Shown here: positions 26,265 to 38,716 of the stretch, in pieces
Layout: the number at the start of each line of letters is the position of its first letter
Position numbering within the stretch: the first letter of the stretch is position 1
Assembly (NCBI GenBank): GCA_012295275.1
Contig: CM022668.1
Coordinates: 10,416,001-10,480,000 of the forward strand
DNA: 64,000 nucleotides
Direction: 5' to 3'
Source of the DNA: Chrysomallon squamiferum
Lineage: Eukaryota; Animalia; Mollusca
Position numbers and translations under genes: made by a program
Notes under the pieces: model-generated
Database searches by the model: none
The model's input: the letters and a program-made list of their open reading frames with translations, nothing else
What the model was told of the DNA's origin: nothing

Positions 26265-27476
26265 TAATAATAATAATAATAACTGCAATCTGAGGATAGA
26301 TCCTACACATTATAGCACTTCAGGTCCGCGCTTCAACCATTTTGCTGCGACTCTCTTTAAATTAAAGCAAAAACTCAAAAATAATAATTATTATGCAGCA
26401 AGAACAAAAGACAACCAATAATAATCAGTAATAATAACCATGGAAACGGCACGAAGTTTTGAAAATAACTTTGTTACAATTAAAATGCTTTCTAAGAGTA
26501 GATCATTATTAATGTCCAATGTCACAAGGGAATGCGTTTAAAGAGAAAACAGCGCAGACGAGATCGACAGTAATCAGATACCTACACGAACCGCAATGAA
26601 CCCGTTTTATAGCACCTTGAAGTTTTGCATTACCGTCATTAGAAGAAAAAAGAAAAAAAAAAGGAATATTTAAACTACTAGTGCATTATAATGGAAAACT
26701 GAGATGAATAAATATATGTCTGTCGTCTGTGTGTCTGTCTCCAAGTCTGGGTCTATCAGTCCGCTCGCCGTAGTTGTAAGATATTTATGTAACATCGAAA
26801 AAAAAAAAAAAAAAAAAATATTGTAAGATGAAGTTTGAAGTCATAAAAGTGGATTTTCAAATAAGTATATATAAACATTCATATACTGCAAAGAGAGACA
26901 CACAAACACCCACACACACAGATACACATATTTTACATAGCGCACATGCAGGATAACTCAACAAAAAATACACGCACGCACGTGTATGCGCGCATGCACA
27001 AAAATATATCTTGTTTGGTAAAATTCTCTAACAAAATAACCACTGCTGTTACATTTATTAAAGTAACGGGAAGATTAATTTCGCTAATGCTAGATACAGG
27101 TTAGATATATGCTGTTGTTTAATATGAGTGGATATACTGAGATTTTTAATTAAAACAGGGACAGGCAGGTGCATGTAAATATACCTTCATTTACATATAT
27201 ATATATATATATATAATCACATGTCCAAACACGTATATTCGTAGATTAAAGACAACAATAAATACATTTTAGAAAAAGAATATATATATATATAGTAATA
27301 ATAATAGTAAAAATTGCTTATACTATACAGTTTAATGCGTTTTTTAGTTGTTGTTTTTTTTTTTTGTTGGATTTTCTTTTCCTTTTTTTATGTTTTATAT
27401 ATATTTAAAATGTATTTATTATTCTTTCGTCTCACTAACTAAATAAGTTTGCTGTGACTTTCTGCAGCTTTCACAG

Positions 27477-27547
<71 letters not shown>

Positions 27548-27559
27548 TCTTGATTAATG

Positions 27560-27942
27560 TTGATGTTATTTACGAGACTTACACCCGACGTTGTTCCGAT
27601 TTGACGTCCCGTTTTCATTCACGTTGAAAATATCGGCTGCCATTACGTGGTGTTGGGTAACAAGAATCATAAATAACCCGAGCTTTTCAAAACAATCGCT
27701 CTGACGGGTCGGCAAAACCACACTGCAAAGTGACGTCAGACTCGCAGTTACTTTGACCCCGAGGTCATTAGCGCGTGCTGCTTTGTCTCTTTGTTTAGTT
27801 AGTCTCGGTTTTCTCATATGTTTTAAATGCTAATTGCGGTGAAAATTACTATTATCTACATTTGCTGCAGCGATCGAAGTATTTTTTTAACATGACCGAA
27901 AACCAGTCAATTTTCTGTCAGTAAAGACGAGATAGGAGCCCA

Positions 27943-27973
<31 letters not shown>

Positions 27974-28057
27974 ATTATATATATAATAATACTTTATTTT
28001 ATTTATTTTTTATTAATTTTTTATTATATGTATATATAATTGTTATTCTTTATTCTT

Positions 28058-28119
<62 letters not shown>

Positions 28120-28542
28120 TATAAGTTGTCTACAAATGAACTAATTTTTCTTTACTTTATTTTTTCTGTTTCTTTCCCTTTTATTCTTTATTTTATCTTC
28201 TTTTTTTCTTCTTTCCTTTATTTATTTTTTTTTCTTTTTCATTTTTTTTTTTTTTTATTTACTTTCCTTTTTTTTTTTCATTTTTTTTTTTCATTGCTAA
28301 TGTTTAAATGATCAGAATCGATTCGGTAGAGACCAGTGTTATTGTTTATTGTCAGTTCCTCTCTGGCAAATGCAAGTTAGTCGATATTAACAGTTATTCA
28401 ATGTCGATGACTCACGCGATTGTTTTCTCTCTCTCTCTCGTTCTCAGCATATCGCAGTATTTTCACAGATCATTCAAGGAAGACTCGCGTTTTCCTAAAA
28501 ATCGCCAGATCTCAGGTGAAACTGTACAGCTTCAGCAGAAAG
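27560..28542 (+). promoter_or_regulatory. Putative promoter and non-coding first exon of LYPD6-like copy 1
   Basis: CpG-rich patch with perfect CRE TGACGTCA (27731-27738), AP-1 TGACTCA (28408-28414) and strong donor GAAAG|gtaaga at 28542/28543, upstream of the acceptor ttttcag| at 29876 that precedes the ATG exon. Confidence 0.45.
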
Positions 28543-28666
28543 GTAAGAATAAGACTCAGAATAATTCTAACAGTAAATGTCTCCATCTCTCTCAGTTTGT
28601 CTCTCACTGCGTTTGTTTTTGTTTCTCTGAGTCACTCTTTCCCTGATAAAAGCCACTATTTTATTT

Positions 28667-28743
<77 letters not shown>

Positions 28744-29404
28744 ACTGCACTGTGATTGCTGTCGACAGCATATAATTTCGTTTTCTGTATAACACATTCC
28801 AATTATCATCTATGTCCGAAATTCTTCAGTTTAATTTAATTTTTAATTTTATTTATTTATTTATTTATTTATTTATAAATATATGTGTGTGTGTTTGTGA
28901 GTCTCTAGGTATGAATTTTTGCCTGCATGTATGTATGTGTGTGTTTGTCTCTATGTGTTTATATACGTGTGTGACTCTGGATGTAAATGTATGTGTATAT
29001 CTACGTACCAGTGTGAATGTATGTGTGTATGTCTGCCTACCTGTGTGTGTGATGGTGGATATTTTTATTCCTTCTGTCTCTCTGACACAAAGACAAAACT
29101 AGCTTCCAGCTATGACTGTCAAAACATATTTTTATCTTCACTATCAGAGGAGATTTTTTTTATTCTTTCTTTTATTTTTATTTTCCCTTCGGCTACTAAG
29201 ATCTAAGCGATATAAACAGACAGGCATATATAATTCACCGTCACAGGATTTAATTTCAAATATTGTAATGTAATATATTTTATTAGAAATACGATGTCAT
29301 ATATGGCATAATATGATATGATATGGTATGGTTTGGTGTCGTATAATTTTAACATAATAACATATAATATGATATCATGTGATACACTGTAAAATAAAAT
29401 ATTA

Positions 29405-29595
29405 GTATAATAATATAATATAATATAATGTAATGTAATGTAATGTAATACAATAGAGTACAGTACACTACAATACACTACATTACAATACAATGCAATG
29501 CAATATAATATAATATAATATAATATAATATAATACAATACAATACAATACAATACAACATAAAATAACGTAACATAACATAACATAATGTAATG
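29405..29595. repeat. Pentanucleotide microsatellite complex (TAATA/TAATG/CAATA/TAACA); paralogue at ~52037-52210
   Basis: Seen directly. Confidence 0.85.
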
Positions 29596-29886
29596 TATGT
29601 ATATGGACGTGTCTAGTGATATATCTGTAACATTATATAACGACATTGTCTAAATTTGATAGCGCATCTTCACATGAAGCTGGTGTAAAATTAATTTATC
29701 TGCTTTCCACAATTCAGTGAATTCTTCGTCATCACTGCATGATTCATTCGCTGATTCATGTCTGCGACCTCTGAGAATTGATTCGGAATCGTTCTATCCT
29801 GTACGCAGAAATGTTTCAGCTTCAATGGTTTGATGTGTATGGATGGTAATAATCATTACTGTTATTATATTTTCAGAACGGGTAAC

Positions 29887-29997
29887 ATGTACTGTAACGA
29901 CGTCGTGGTTGTAGACGTTTTGTCAGCGATGCTGTGTTTGGCGAGTGTCACTAGTCTAAGTGTTGTCATAGAGTCGAAACCAGGCAACCAACGTAAG

Positions 29998-30077
<80 letters not shown>

Positions 30078-30125
30078 TCTCTCTCTGTTTCTCTCTGTCT
30101 CTTTTTGTCTCTATCTCTCTCTCTT

Positions 30126-30158
<33 letters not shown>

Positions 30159-30269
30159 CCCTCTACCTCTCTCTTTCTCTCTATCTACCTCTCTCTCTTT
30201 CTCTCTTTCTTTCTCTCTCGCTATCCTCTCTCTTTCTCTCTCTACCTCTCACTCTCTCTCTGTCCCTCC

Positions 30270-30328
<59 letters not shown>

Positions 30329-30707
30329 GTGTCTCTATCTCTCTCTCTGTGTCTCTCTCTGTCTCTCTTTTTGTCTCTCTCTCTCTCTCTTTCTCTCTCT
30401 CACACTATCTCTTTCTCTCTCTCACTATCTCTCTTTCTGTCTCTCTCGCTATCCTCTCTTTCTCTCTCTACCTCTCACTCTCTCTGTCTCTCTCCCTCCC
30501 TCTCTCTCTCTCTCCATCTCTCTCTCTATCTCTCTCTCAATCTCTCTATCTCTCTCATTCTCTCTCTCTTTCTCTATCTCTATCTATCTCTCTTAACCTC
30601 TCTCTCTCTATCTCTCTCTGCCTCTCTCTCTCATTCGCTCTCTCTTTCTCTATCTCTCTTAACCTTTCTCTCTCTCTCTCTCTCTCTCATTCTCTCTATC
30701 TCTCTTA

Positions 30708-30781
<74 letters not shown>

Positions 30782-31618
30782 ACCTCTCTCTCTCTGCCTC
30801 TCTCTCTTTCTATCTCTCTTTCTCTCTTTAGTACAGACACGCACACACGCACTCCCACACAGTGTTGCTCTTCAACCCAAATACCCTTATTATTATTGTT
30901 ATTATCACCACCATCATCACCATCATCATCGTCATCATCATAATCAGTTGTAATTAATTTATTTTCAGTGATCACGTGCTACACGTGTGGTAACAAAACA
31001 AACAACAAAGAATGCAACCAGTGGGCGCCAGATATCACGTGTCCTATCAGTAAGTTATCACGTGTTTGTTTGTTTGTTTGTTTGTGTATTTATTTATTTA
31101 TATTATATTATTTATTTGTTTACTTACTATTTATTTATTTGTATATTTAATTAGTGTTTGTTTATTTATTTATTTATTTGTGTATTTATTTATTTCAATT
31201 ATATGATTTATTTGTTTACTTACTATTTATTTATTTATATTTAATTATTTGTTTGTTTATTTAATTATTAACTCATTTATTTATTTTTATTATTGATATA
31301 TTTATTTTTATGTTTATTTATTTGTTTGTTTGATTGTTTGTTTGTTTCTCATTTGATTTCCATTCATATTTTTTGTTTTATTATTACTACACTTGCTGTT
31401 ATAGCTACTCTTCTTCTTCATTTTTTTAGTGTTATTATTATTATCATTATCATTATTATCATTAATATTAATAGTATCGTTATTATTATTACTGTCAATA
31501 TTATCAGAGATTATTATCATTACCTTTATTATTAATTATTATTATTATTACTATTATTATTATTATTATGATCATCATTATATTTATTATTATTATTACT
31601 ACTACTACTACTATTATG

Positions 31619-31665
<47 letters not shown>

Positions 31666-31695
31666 CATTATTATTATTACTACTACTACTACTAC

Positions 31696-31731
<36 letters not shown>

Positions 31732-32263
31732 TACTATTCAGATCATACAGTATGTCAAACAGCACACAAGTTAAACACGCGAACAAGAAGCAGTATCTAC
31801 GTTGCTAAGCGATGTGTTGTTGCTAATGAATGTACAAATGAACACGTTGGTTGCCAGGATACGAGTGACCCGTGGGAGAAGGTAAGATTATTTGTTTAGT
31901 CTTTATAAGTGTGACGTCATTTAAACATTTTAATCGAAACACTTAAATGTCATATTCTAGTTTATGAACATGAAGATGCTGAGAGTTAACCCATTCTTTT
32001 TAATTTTCTTTTTCCTTTTTTTAACCCTTTGTTTTCTTTTAATTTATTATAATTATTATTATTATTATATTATTTTATTTACTATTTATTTATTTATTAT
32101 GGTGTTTTTGGGGGGGGTTTTGTTGTGTTTTTTTTATATTTGTTTGTGGATAGTTTCTATAGTAAAGGTTTGTTAAGTTTGAATATATTCACCTTCTATT
32201 TCTTCTTCATGTTTGGTGTTTTGAATTCATTAAATGGCGTAATGCTTTACTTTCATTTTTTTC

Positions 32264-32294
<31 letters not shown>

Positions 32295-32876
32295 AGCTAG
32301 CTTTTCAAAATATGTTTTTTCCTTTTATTTTTCTTCTCCTTTCTGTGCTTATGCCTTATCTCAAACATTTCTGACCTTATTGACGTAAAGGTGGACAGCT
32401 CTATGACGAAATTAACATAATTACCAATTTATGGGAAGTACAGATCTTTAGCTGGTGAATAGGAAAAAGAAAATATTTAACAAGGTGTAAGTTTATACCT
32501 AGATACACCTAAAGCGTTTTGTTAAATGAATGCAAGCATTGGGTAGTGTATTAGTTTGGGTTTTCAGCTTAAAAATCTAATGATAAAAATAACATCATAA
32601 CGTCACGTAAAACGTTTTTTTGTTATTTTTTTTTATTTTTTTATTTATTTATTTATTTTTTATTTTTTTTATTTTTTTCAGATTTGTGTTTCGTGTTGTG
32701 ACTCTCCTTACTGCAATATTGAAGTTCCTTACAACCCGACGTCTGCGATTTCGCTCTCTTCCGTGATCCCTCGGCAAGTATCGAGCTCGGAAGCTCTCGG
32801 GAGTCAAACTCTCCATTTCGTCATCTTTATGTCCGGTCACTGGCTGATGCTATCGTTCCTCGGGTGCACGGGGTGA
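29887..32876 (+). CDS. Ly6/uPAR (three-finger) protein, LYPD6/LYPD6B-like, copy 1; exons 29887-29992, 30969-31049, 31742-31881, 32682-32876; 173 aa
   Basis: GT-AG introns (phases 1,1,0) give a hydrophobic N-terminus, then LITCYTCGNKTNNKECNQWAPDITCP...VAKRC...EC...GC...CVSCCDSPYCN, then a hydrophobic GPI-signal-like tail. ECNxWAPDIxCP and CCxxxxCN are LYPD6-family hallmarks. Confidence 0.9.
30001..30828. repeat. Long compound (CT)n-rich intronic tract; shorter paralogue at 52611-52890
   Basis: ~830 bp of almost pure pyrimidine directly after the exon-1 donor; source of the spurious SLSL/ERER ORFs. Confidence 0.95.
31430..31740. repeat. (TAT/TAC)n trinucleotide tract abutting the exon-3 acceptor
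   Basis: Seen directly; roughly 180 bp longer than the paralogous tract ending at ~53740. Confidence 0.9.
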
Positions 32877-33039
32877 CCAGTAGAGCGGTCAAGACATTGC
32901 GACATACGCAGCTGACCGCGCTTTAACGATAAAGGTCAAGGTTAACTTAACTAAAGGACCGTTTATGTGAAGAATGGTCTTCTGTTGTATACTGCATTAC
33001 TATGGAGCATGGAGCGTTCAACGATTGTATACAATACTA

Positions 33040-34026
33040 CTGGATCATTATCAGTTACGCTCTCGCATGAAACTGTGAAGCGATGGTATAAGAATCATTA
33101 TGTTTATTGAAATTACGAAGATCGGTTGTTGCCAAAAAATGTCACTGTGTGTATCTGTGTTATAAACGTAAAATGAATAATGTATTTATTTAAAGTGGTG
33201 AAAGGATTATATTGTTACTATAATACGGATGAAGATTTCTTATTTCCGAAAAACGTTACATAGAGTAACACTTATATAATGGTTGACTGATCATGTATTT
33301 CTTGTATGTACAATCATTTCCAAAGACATTCCCATACGTAACAGTGATGAAAGGTTGATATTATTATTATACGCTCGGACACTGGTTTTTAGCCAAATAT
33401 TAACCAGAATAACAATGATATAGTCATAAAGGGATCATTCAGTTATTGTATGTTCGATCATTACCAGCAATGTTTCATAATAAACGGATCAGATAATTTA
33501 TTTCATGTACAAATTTATAATATTCCCTAGTTACATTGGCAAAATGGAATATAAAAATATAGTACTTAAGACTACTAGAATGTTCCATAATAAAACACGT
33601 TTCTGTTTTACAGTTATGTGGATAATATTAAAATAAATGTTATAATATCTGCTGGATCATTACCAGGAATTTTCCATTCCATAACACGGATCTGTTCTGC
33701 AGTGGTAAACAGATCATGCATTGATATCATGATCGTGGAACATTACCAGGAAGGTATGTCTATAAAAAGCATGGTATCTGATTGCTACCAGGAAAAAATA
33801 TTTTCATAAAGCATACGACAGCAGATGGTAACCAGGATCGCATATATATCTTATAACACAAGATCCTGGATCATTATCAGGATGACATTTTTGAAGCATG
33901 TATAATATTGGATAATTACAAGGATTCTATATTTACAAGTACATACCGGATCATGTATTTATAACACATACAAAAATGGATCTTAAGCAGGATCATATTA
34001 TAACATATATTATATCGGATCTTTAG
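33040..34026. repeat. Degenerate short-period repeat (core GGATCATTACCAGGA) 3' of LYPD6-like; paralogue ~55070-56240
   Basis: Variants ggatcattatcag, gatcattaccagc, ggatcattaccagga, ggaacattaccagga, ggataattacaagga, ggatcttaagcagga at irregular spacing. Confidence 0.55.
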
Positions 34027-34940
34027 CTCTACTGACTCTGTACCAGTTGTAATTCAGGATGGCATTGCCTTCCGTAGGGAAGATCTCATGACTTGCCATG
34101 AAGAAGCGGATGTAATAATCATACAGCAGATGGTTAAAGCAGCTGAAAGTGGCGTGAAAAGAATCAACATCGTATGATAGGACACAGACGTTTTTGTCCT
34201 CTTGCTGCACTTCTACGCAAAGTTGAACCTGACCTGTCGTCTTACAGTGGAAGGACCAAGTGCTGAACGAACTACTATAGACATCGGGGCAACTGCAAAT
34301 GAACATGGACACCTGCTTTCACAACTGCCAGCCGCCCATGCCCTCTCAGGCTTTGACACTGTGGCTCAGTGCTTCGGAGTAGGAAAAAGCACCATCATCA
34401 AAGTCCTTAAGAGTGGTGTAGAACTGCTCAAATTGGACGTATTATCTGAGGACATAGATGACTCATTGAAGAAGCGACAACATTCATGGCTGCCTGCTAC
34501 GGGGTCCAAAGCTTAGTGACATCGAACATGTCTGAGGAGAAGTCTGGTCGCGAAAGATGGTTAGAACAAATTTGACAAAGGCTCCAGAGCTTAAGTCACT
34601 TCCACCTTCTAAAGAGACATTCGAAGAGAACGTAAAGCGGGCGCACACCCGACGGGTTGATGACTGTGACAATGTTGTTGAAAGTGACTTGTTTGACGAC
34701 TGAGTCAAATCAGTAATGGCAACATGCATCAGGGGATGTTCTGTAACGATTCGGATATACACTGAAGTTGAATTTTGCATATTTTGCAGAAAATATTGGT
34801 GTGATCAATACTGTAATGGTTTAATCTGATTCTTTGCCCCTAAAAACATGTGTATAGACACTAAAATTATTTTGATACCATGTGTAGTTACTGAGATATT
34901 GACGAAAACGAGATTTGCAGTAATGGCAGCCTTAATATGC
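34027..34940 (+). mobile_element. Truncated AcademX-like DNA transposon fragment (XPG/FEN1-like nuclease domain), disrupted
   Basis: Encodes HEEADVIIIQQ..IV**DTDVFVLLLHF and AHALSGFDTVAQCFGVGK (PIN/H3TH motifs) with stops and frameshifts; inverted near-copy of ~62848-63770. Confidence 0.75.
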
Positions 34941-34945
34941 CTATA

Positions 34946-36033
34946 CAGCATATATTATCCCGACATGTTCACACTTTTGACAAATTAAAAATATTTTAAA
35001 TTAAATAAAATAAAATTAAATTAAATTAATAATTTTAAATAAATACAATACGTTTGCTTATGCCCCAAACGCTAAATTTCAAATATTATCTTAACTGAAT
35101 CAATACGTTAGTAATTTGAACCTTCAAACTATGATATTTTTACTTAAAATGGACCTTTTTCGTTAACAGTTTCCAGAGTCTGTTATCTCAGCAAAGGATG
35201 AAACATCTTTCATAGTGATGGATATTAGAAAGCGATATCTGAAATTTATTTTCATCTTCATCATCTTTTGATCTTTTGTTTAATGTTGTCAATAATGTGA
35301 CATTGATCTGATCTGAAGTCAGACATTTAGAACTGTTATTAAATAAGAAATAGATGATTTTTAACAGAAAATATTCAATTTCTAATACGGAATTCTGAGT
35401 GTCGTACTGCACCATAATAATGTAATTACTGCTTTGTTGTAACAAAACAACAGTACAAAGTTTATTTTATTTCGTTTTATCCATTGTTAGCTTTAATGTA
35501 ACAGCTGAACTGAGTAATTACAAAGTCATCACTAGAGCGTTTTGTGTGTCTCCTTTATACCAGACGTGAATATCATTGTACCAACCAAACTACACAGCAA
35601 AGGAATAATTTACAACAACAACAACAAAATTGTAAGCACTCACATTTTATGAAATTCCCTGTTAACATAATCAACAGCTTTCTTTCTGCTGAATCCCGCG
35701 TTTTTTTTCTCAGCACACAAGCGGATCAACCCAATATTTCAACACAGAAAGTCAATGATTTTCATTATTTCAATTTCATCTTTAGATTTGTCTTTCATTT
35801 TTGGGCAAAAATACCAAGTTTCTCCATTCATAAAACTAAAATATTACAAATAAAAGAATAATTAAATTTTTTTGACAAATTAAAAAATATATTCATATAG
35901 TTTAACACTTATTATGTTAAAAACAGTTTAAAAAAAATGTATATGATCCTAACTTTATAATTCTTATATAATCCTGATTATTGTTATAATACTCACAACC
36001 ATAATTATTTTCATTATAATTACTACTATGATG

Positions 36034-36087
<54 letters not shown>

Positions 36088-37639
36088 GTTATTATTATTA
36101 TTATCATCATCCTCATTAGTAGTATCATCATAACCTACATAAAATTGCTATTAAGACTGGGTATAAGGGGAAACAATCTGTGAACAAAGAAGGAAGTGAA
36201 AGTTCGAGAAGAACTTAGTAAACGATTGTGTTTTCAGTTAAGAAAAAGGTGAGAATAATTTAGTCACCGTTACTTTTGTAACACTTGAGGTAATTTCTAC
36301 ATTGGTAAACATTCTTGATCCACATTTTTTAGAATATGGAGGTATTTCGATTTATCAGTTCAGTTATTTATATTTGAGCGCCAGGAACACGGAACTATAA
36401 ATAGATATACCGGCACTTTGTGTTTATAACAACTGTCGCAAGAAAATGTAATCAGGTGCATAAAACAGTTTATATTCTACTAGGTACTCGTTTTTATATT
36501 TAATATTCAGTAGTAAACTGTACTTTGTACCGTAGTTCTGAATTGGGAAAACGTTTATTTTATATATATTAACAGAAAATCTCCAAACTCTAATAGGGAA
36601 TTTTGAGTGTCAACCTGACCTACAATAATGTAATTACTGCTTTGTTGTGACAAAACAACAGTACAAAATCTAGATTTATTTCGTTTTTACCTTTATTTCC
36701 TGTATGTACCAGTTCCACTGAGTAATTACGAAGTCATCACTGGATCCTTTTGTGGCTCTCTTTTATACCAGACATGAATATCATTGTACCAACCAAACTA
36801 CTCAGCAAATGAATAATTTACAACAACAACAACAAAATGTTAACCACTCACATTTTATGAAATTCCCTGTTAATATAATCAACAGCTTTCTTTCTGCTGA
36901 ATCCCTCGTTTTTTTCTCAGCACACAAGCGGATCAAACCAATATTTCAACAAAGAAAGTCAATGATTTTCATTCTTTCAGTTTCATCTTTATTTTTAATT
37001 TTCATTGTCATTGTCCGGTAAAAATGCCAAGTTTCTCTATTGACACAAATAAACAGGTTACCAAAAAAAAATATGTATATATATGTATATATATAGATAG
37101 ATAGATATATTAACAAATTCAGAATTAAAAAATTCAAAGACTTAATTAATATTTAAGGAGATCAATGTTCGAGAAGTATTTAGTAAACAATTGTGTTTTT
37201 AGTCAAGAAAAAGGTGAGAATAATTTACTTACCGTTGCCTTTGTAAACTTCTACATTTGTAATTTCTATATTCGTAAATATTCTTGATCCACATGATTTA
37301 AAATATGGAGGTATTTGGATTTATCCATTCAGGTGTTCACCCTTGAAACATGGAAGTATTAATAGATACACAGAAACTTTATGTTTATAACAAATGTGAC
37401 AAAAAAATTTAAATAGGTACATAAAATTGTATACATGCTAACAACAATTCTTTTCATATTAATATTTAGTAGTAATCTGTCTTCCGATTAGAACTTTGTA
37501 CAATAGTTTGGACTTGAGAAAACTTGTAAAGGCATGTTCACACTGTGCCGTAATTTCTAACGATTCAGAGACATTCAACGAATTTATATTTATTTTTATT
37601 TGTATTTTTATGTTTACGCTTTATTTAATTTTTATTTAT

Positions 37640-37671
<32 letters not shown>

Positions 37672-38090
37672 ATTTTTTTCAAAACAGGATTTATTTATAG
37701 TCAATTATATTGTAATATCTATGTATTCCAGGTAATTATGCTTGAAATAAAACCGATAAGTGCTATTTCGTATGTATCTATTTGCTCACAGGTTGTATCC
37801 CGACATGTTCACACTTATGAGAAATTAAACACAATTAATGTTTAAAAAAAAAATAGCATACAAATTTGCTTATGTCTGGAACGCATAAATTTTAAATAGT
37901 ATCTTCATTGAAGCAATACATTTATAATTTGGATCTTCAGACTTTGATATTTTTAGTTAAAATGGACATTTTTATTTAACTGTTTTCAGAGTCTGATATC
38001 TCTGCAAAAGATGAACCAATTTCTGTAATGTTGGTGTTGCTGGATATTAGGAGACCATATCTGAAATTTATCATTGTACAAATATCTTCC
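34946..38090. repeat. About two diverged monomers of the same repeat family as 1-15535, directly upstream of STAND-ANK copy B
   Basis: Shared landmarks TATCCCGACATGTTCACAC, CAGAGTCTG, AGTCAGACATTTAGAACTG, CACTCACATTTTATGAAATTCCCTG, AAGAAAAAGGTGAG. Confidence 0.88.
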
Positions 38091-38129
38091 TTGTATTACA
38101 TTACGAATTGGTGTTATGTTGTTTTGTAG

Positions 38130-38678
38130 ATGCTTCGCAAAGAGAACGCTGTCGTGCACAAAAGAACAGACACTTCTGATGTGAATGATTCAAAACAGAA
38201 TCCAGGGAGTGTCAAACTTTCATCTAGAAAACGAAAGAGAAACTGGAGCACCACTGACTTCAACGAAGTAGATGATTATGACACACGTGATGTTAAAAAG
38301 TCAGTATGTCATAAAGATAACGGAATTCAGAGCAGGGTACTCAGACATAATCAACTTGAGAATGCAAACTCTACCCACCAGCCAAACAGAAAACTGCACA
38401 AGAAGTGCACTGTTCAGAACTCTGGTTTCGTTCAACGATCATCTTCAGCAGAGAAAACTGGCCTAGTATATGTTCCTGCTCCTATTCCACAAGTAATGAT
38501 GGGACAACAGTTAGCCAGATTGCTTGATGCAGGTATGTACTGTTTGACTGTGATACAGATACAACACTTGATATGTTGCCAGATAACATTGTGAGTCATT
38601 CAGTAAGTTTATATCTTTATTATGTCTGTCACCATCAATCTCACTTTAGTTAAGAAATTTTGCTACTTATACATTTCC

Positions 38679-38716
<38 letters not shown>

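Noticed and set aside
29830-30975. Long ORFs of poly-SL/ER (also 24850-25149, 48680-48991, 52446-52988)
   Set aside because: Translations of (CT)n/(GA)n tracts; only the part overlapping LYPD6-like exon 1 is coding.
31293-31899. Poly-Y/I/N ORFs (also 13852-14055, 39428-39673, 53125-53719)
   Set aside because: Trinucleotide and TTTA repeats in introns; the real coding parts are the short Ly6 exons.
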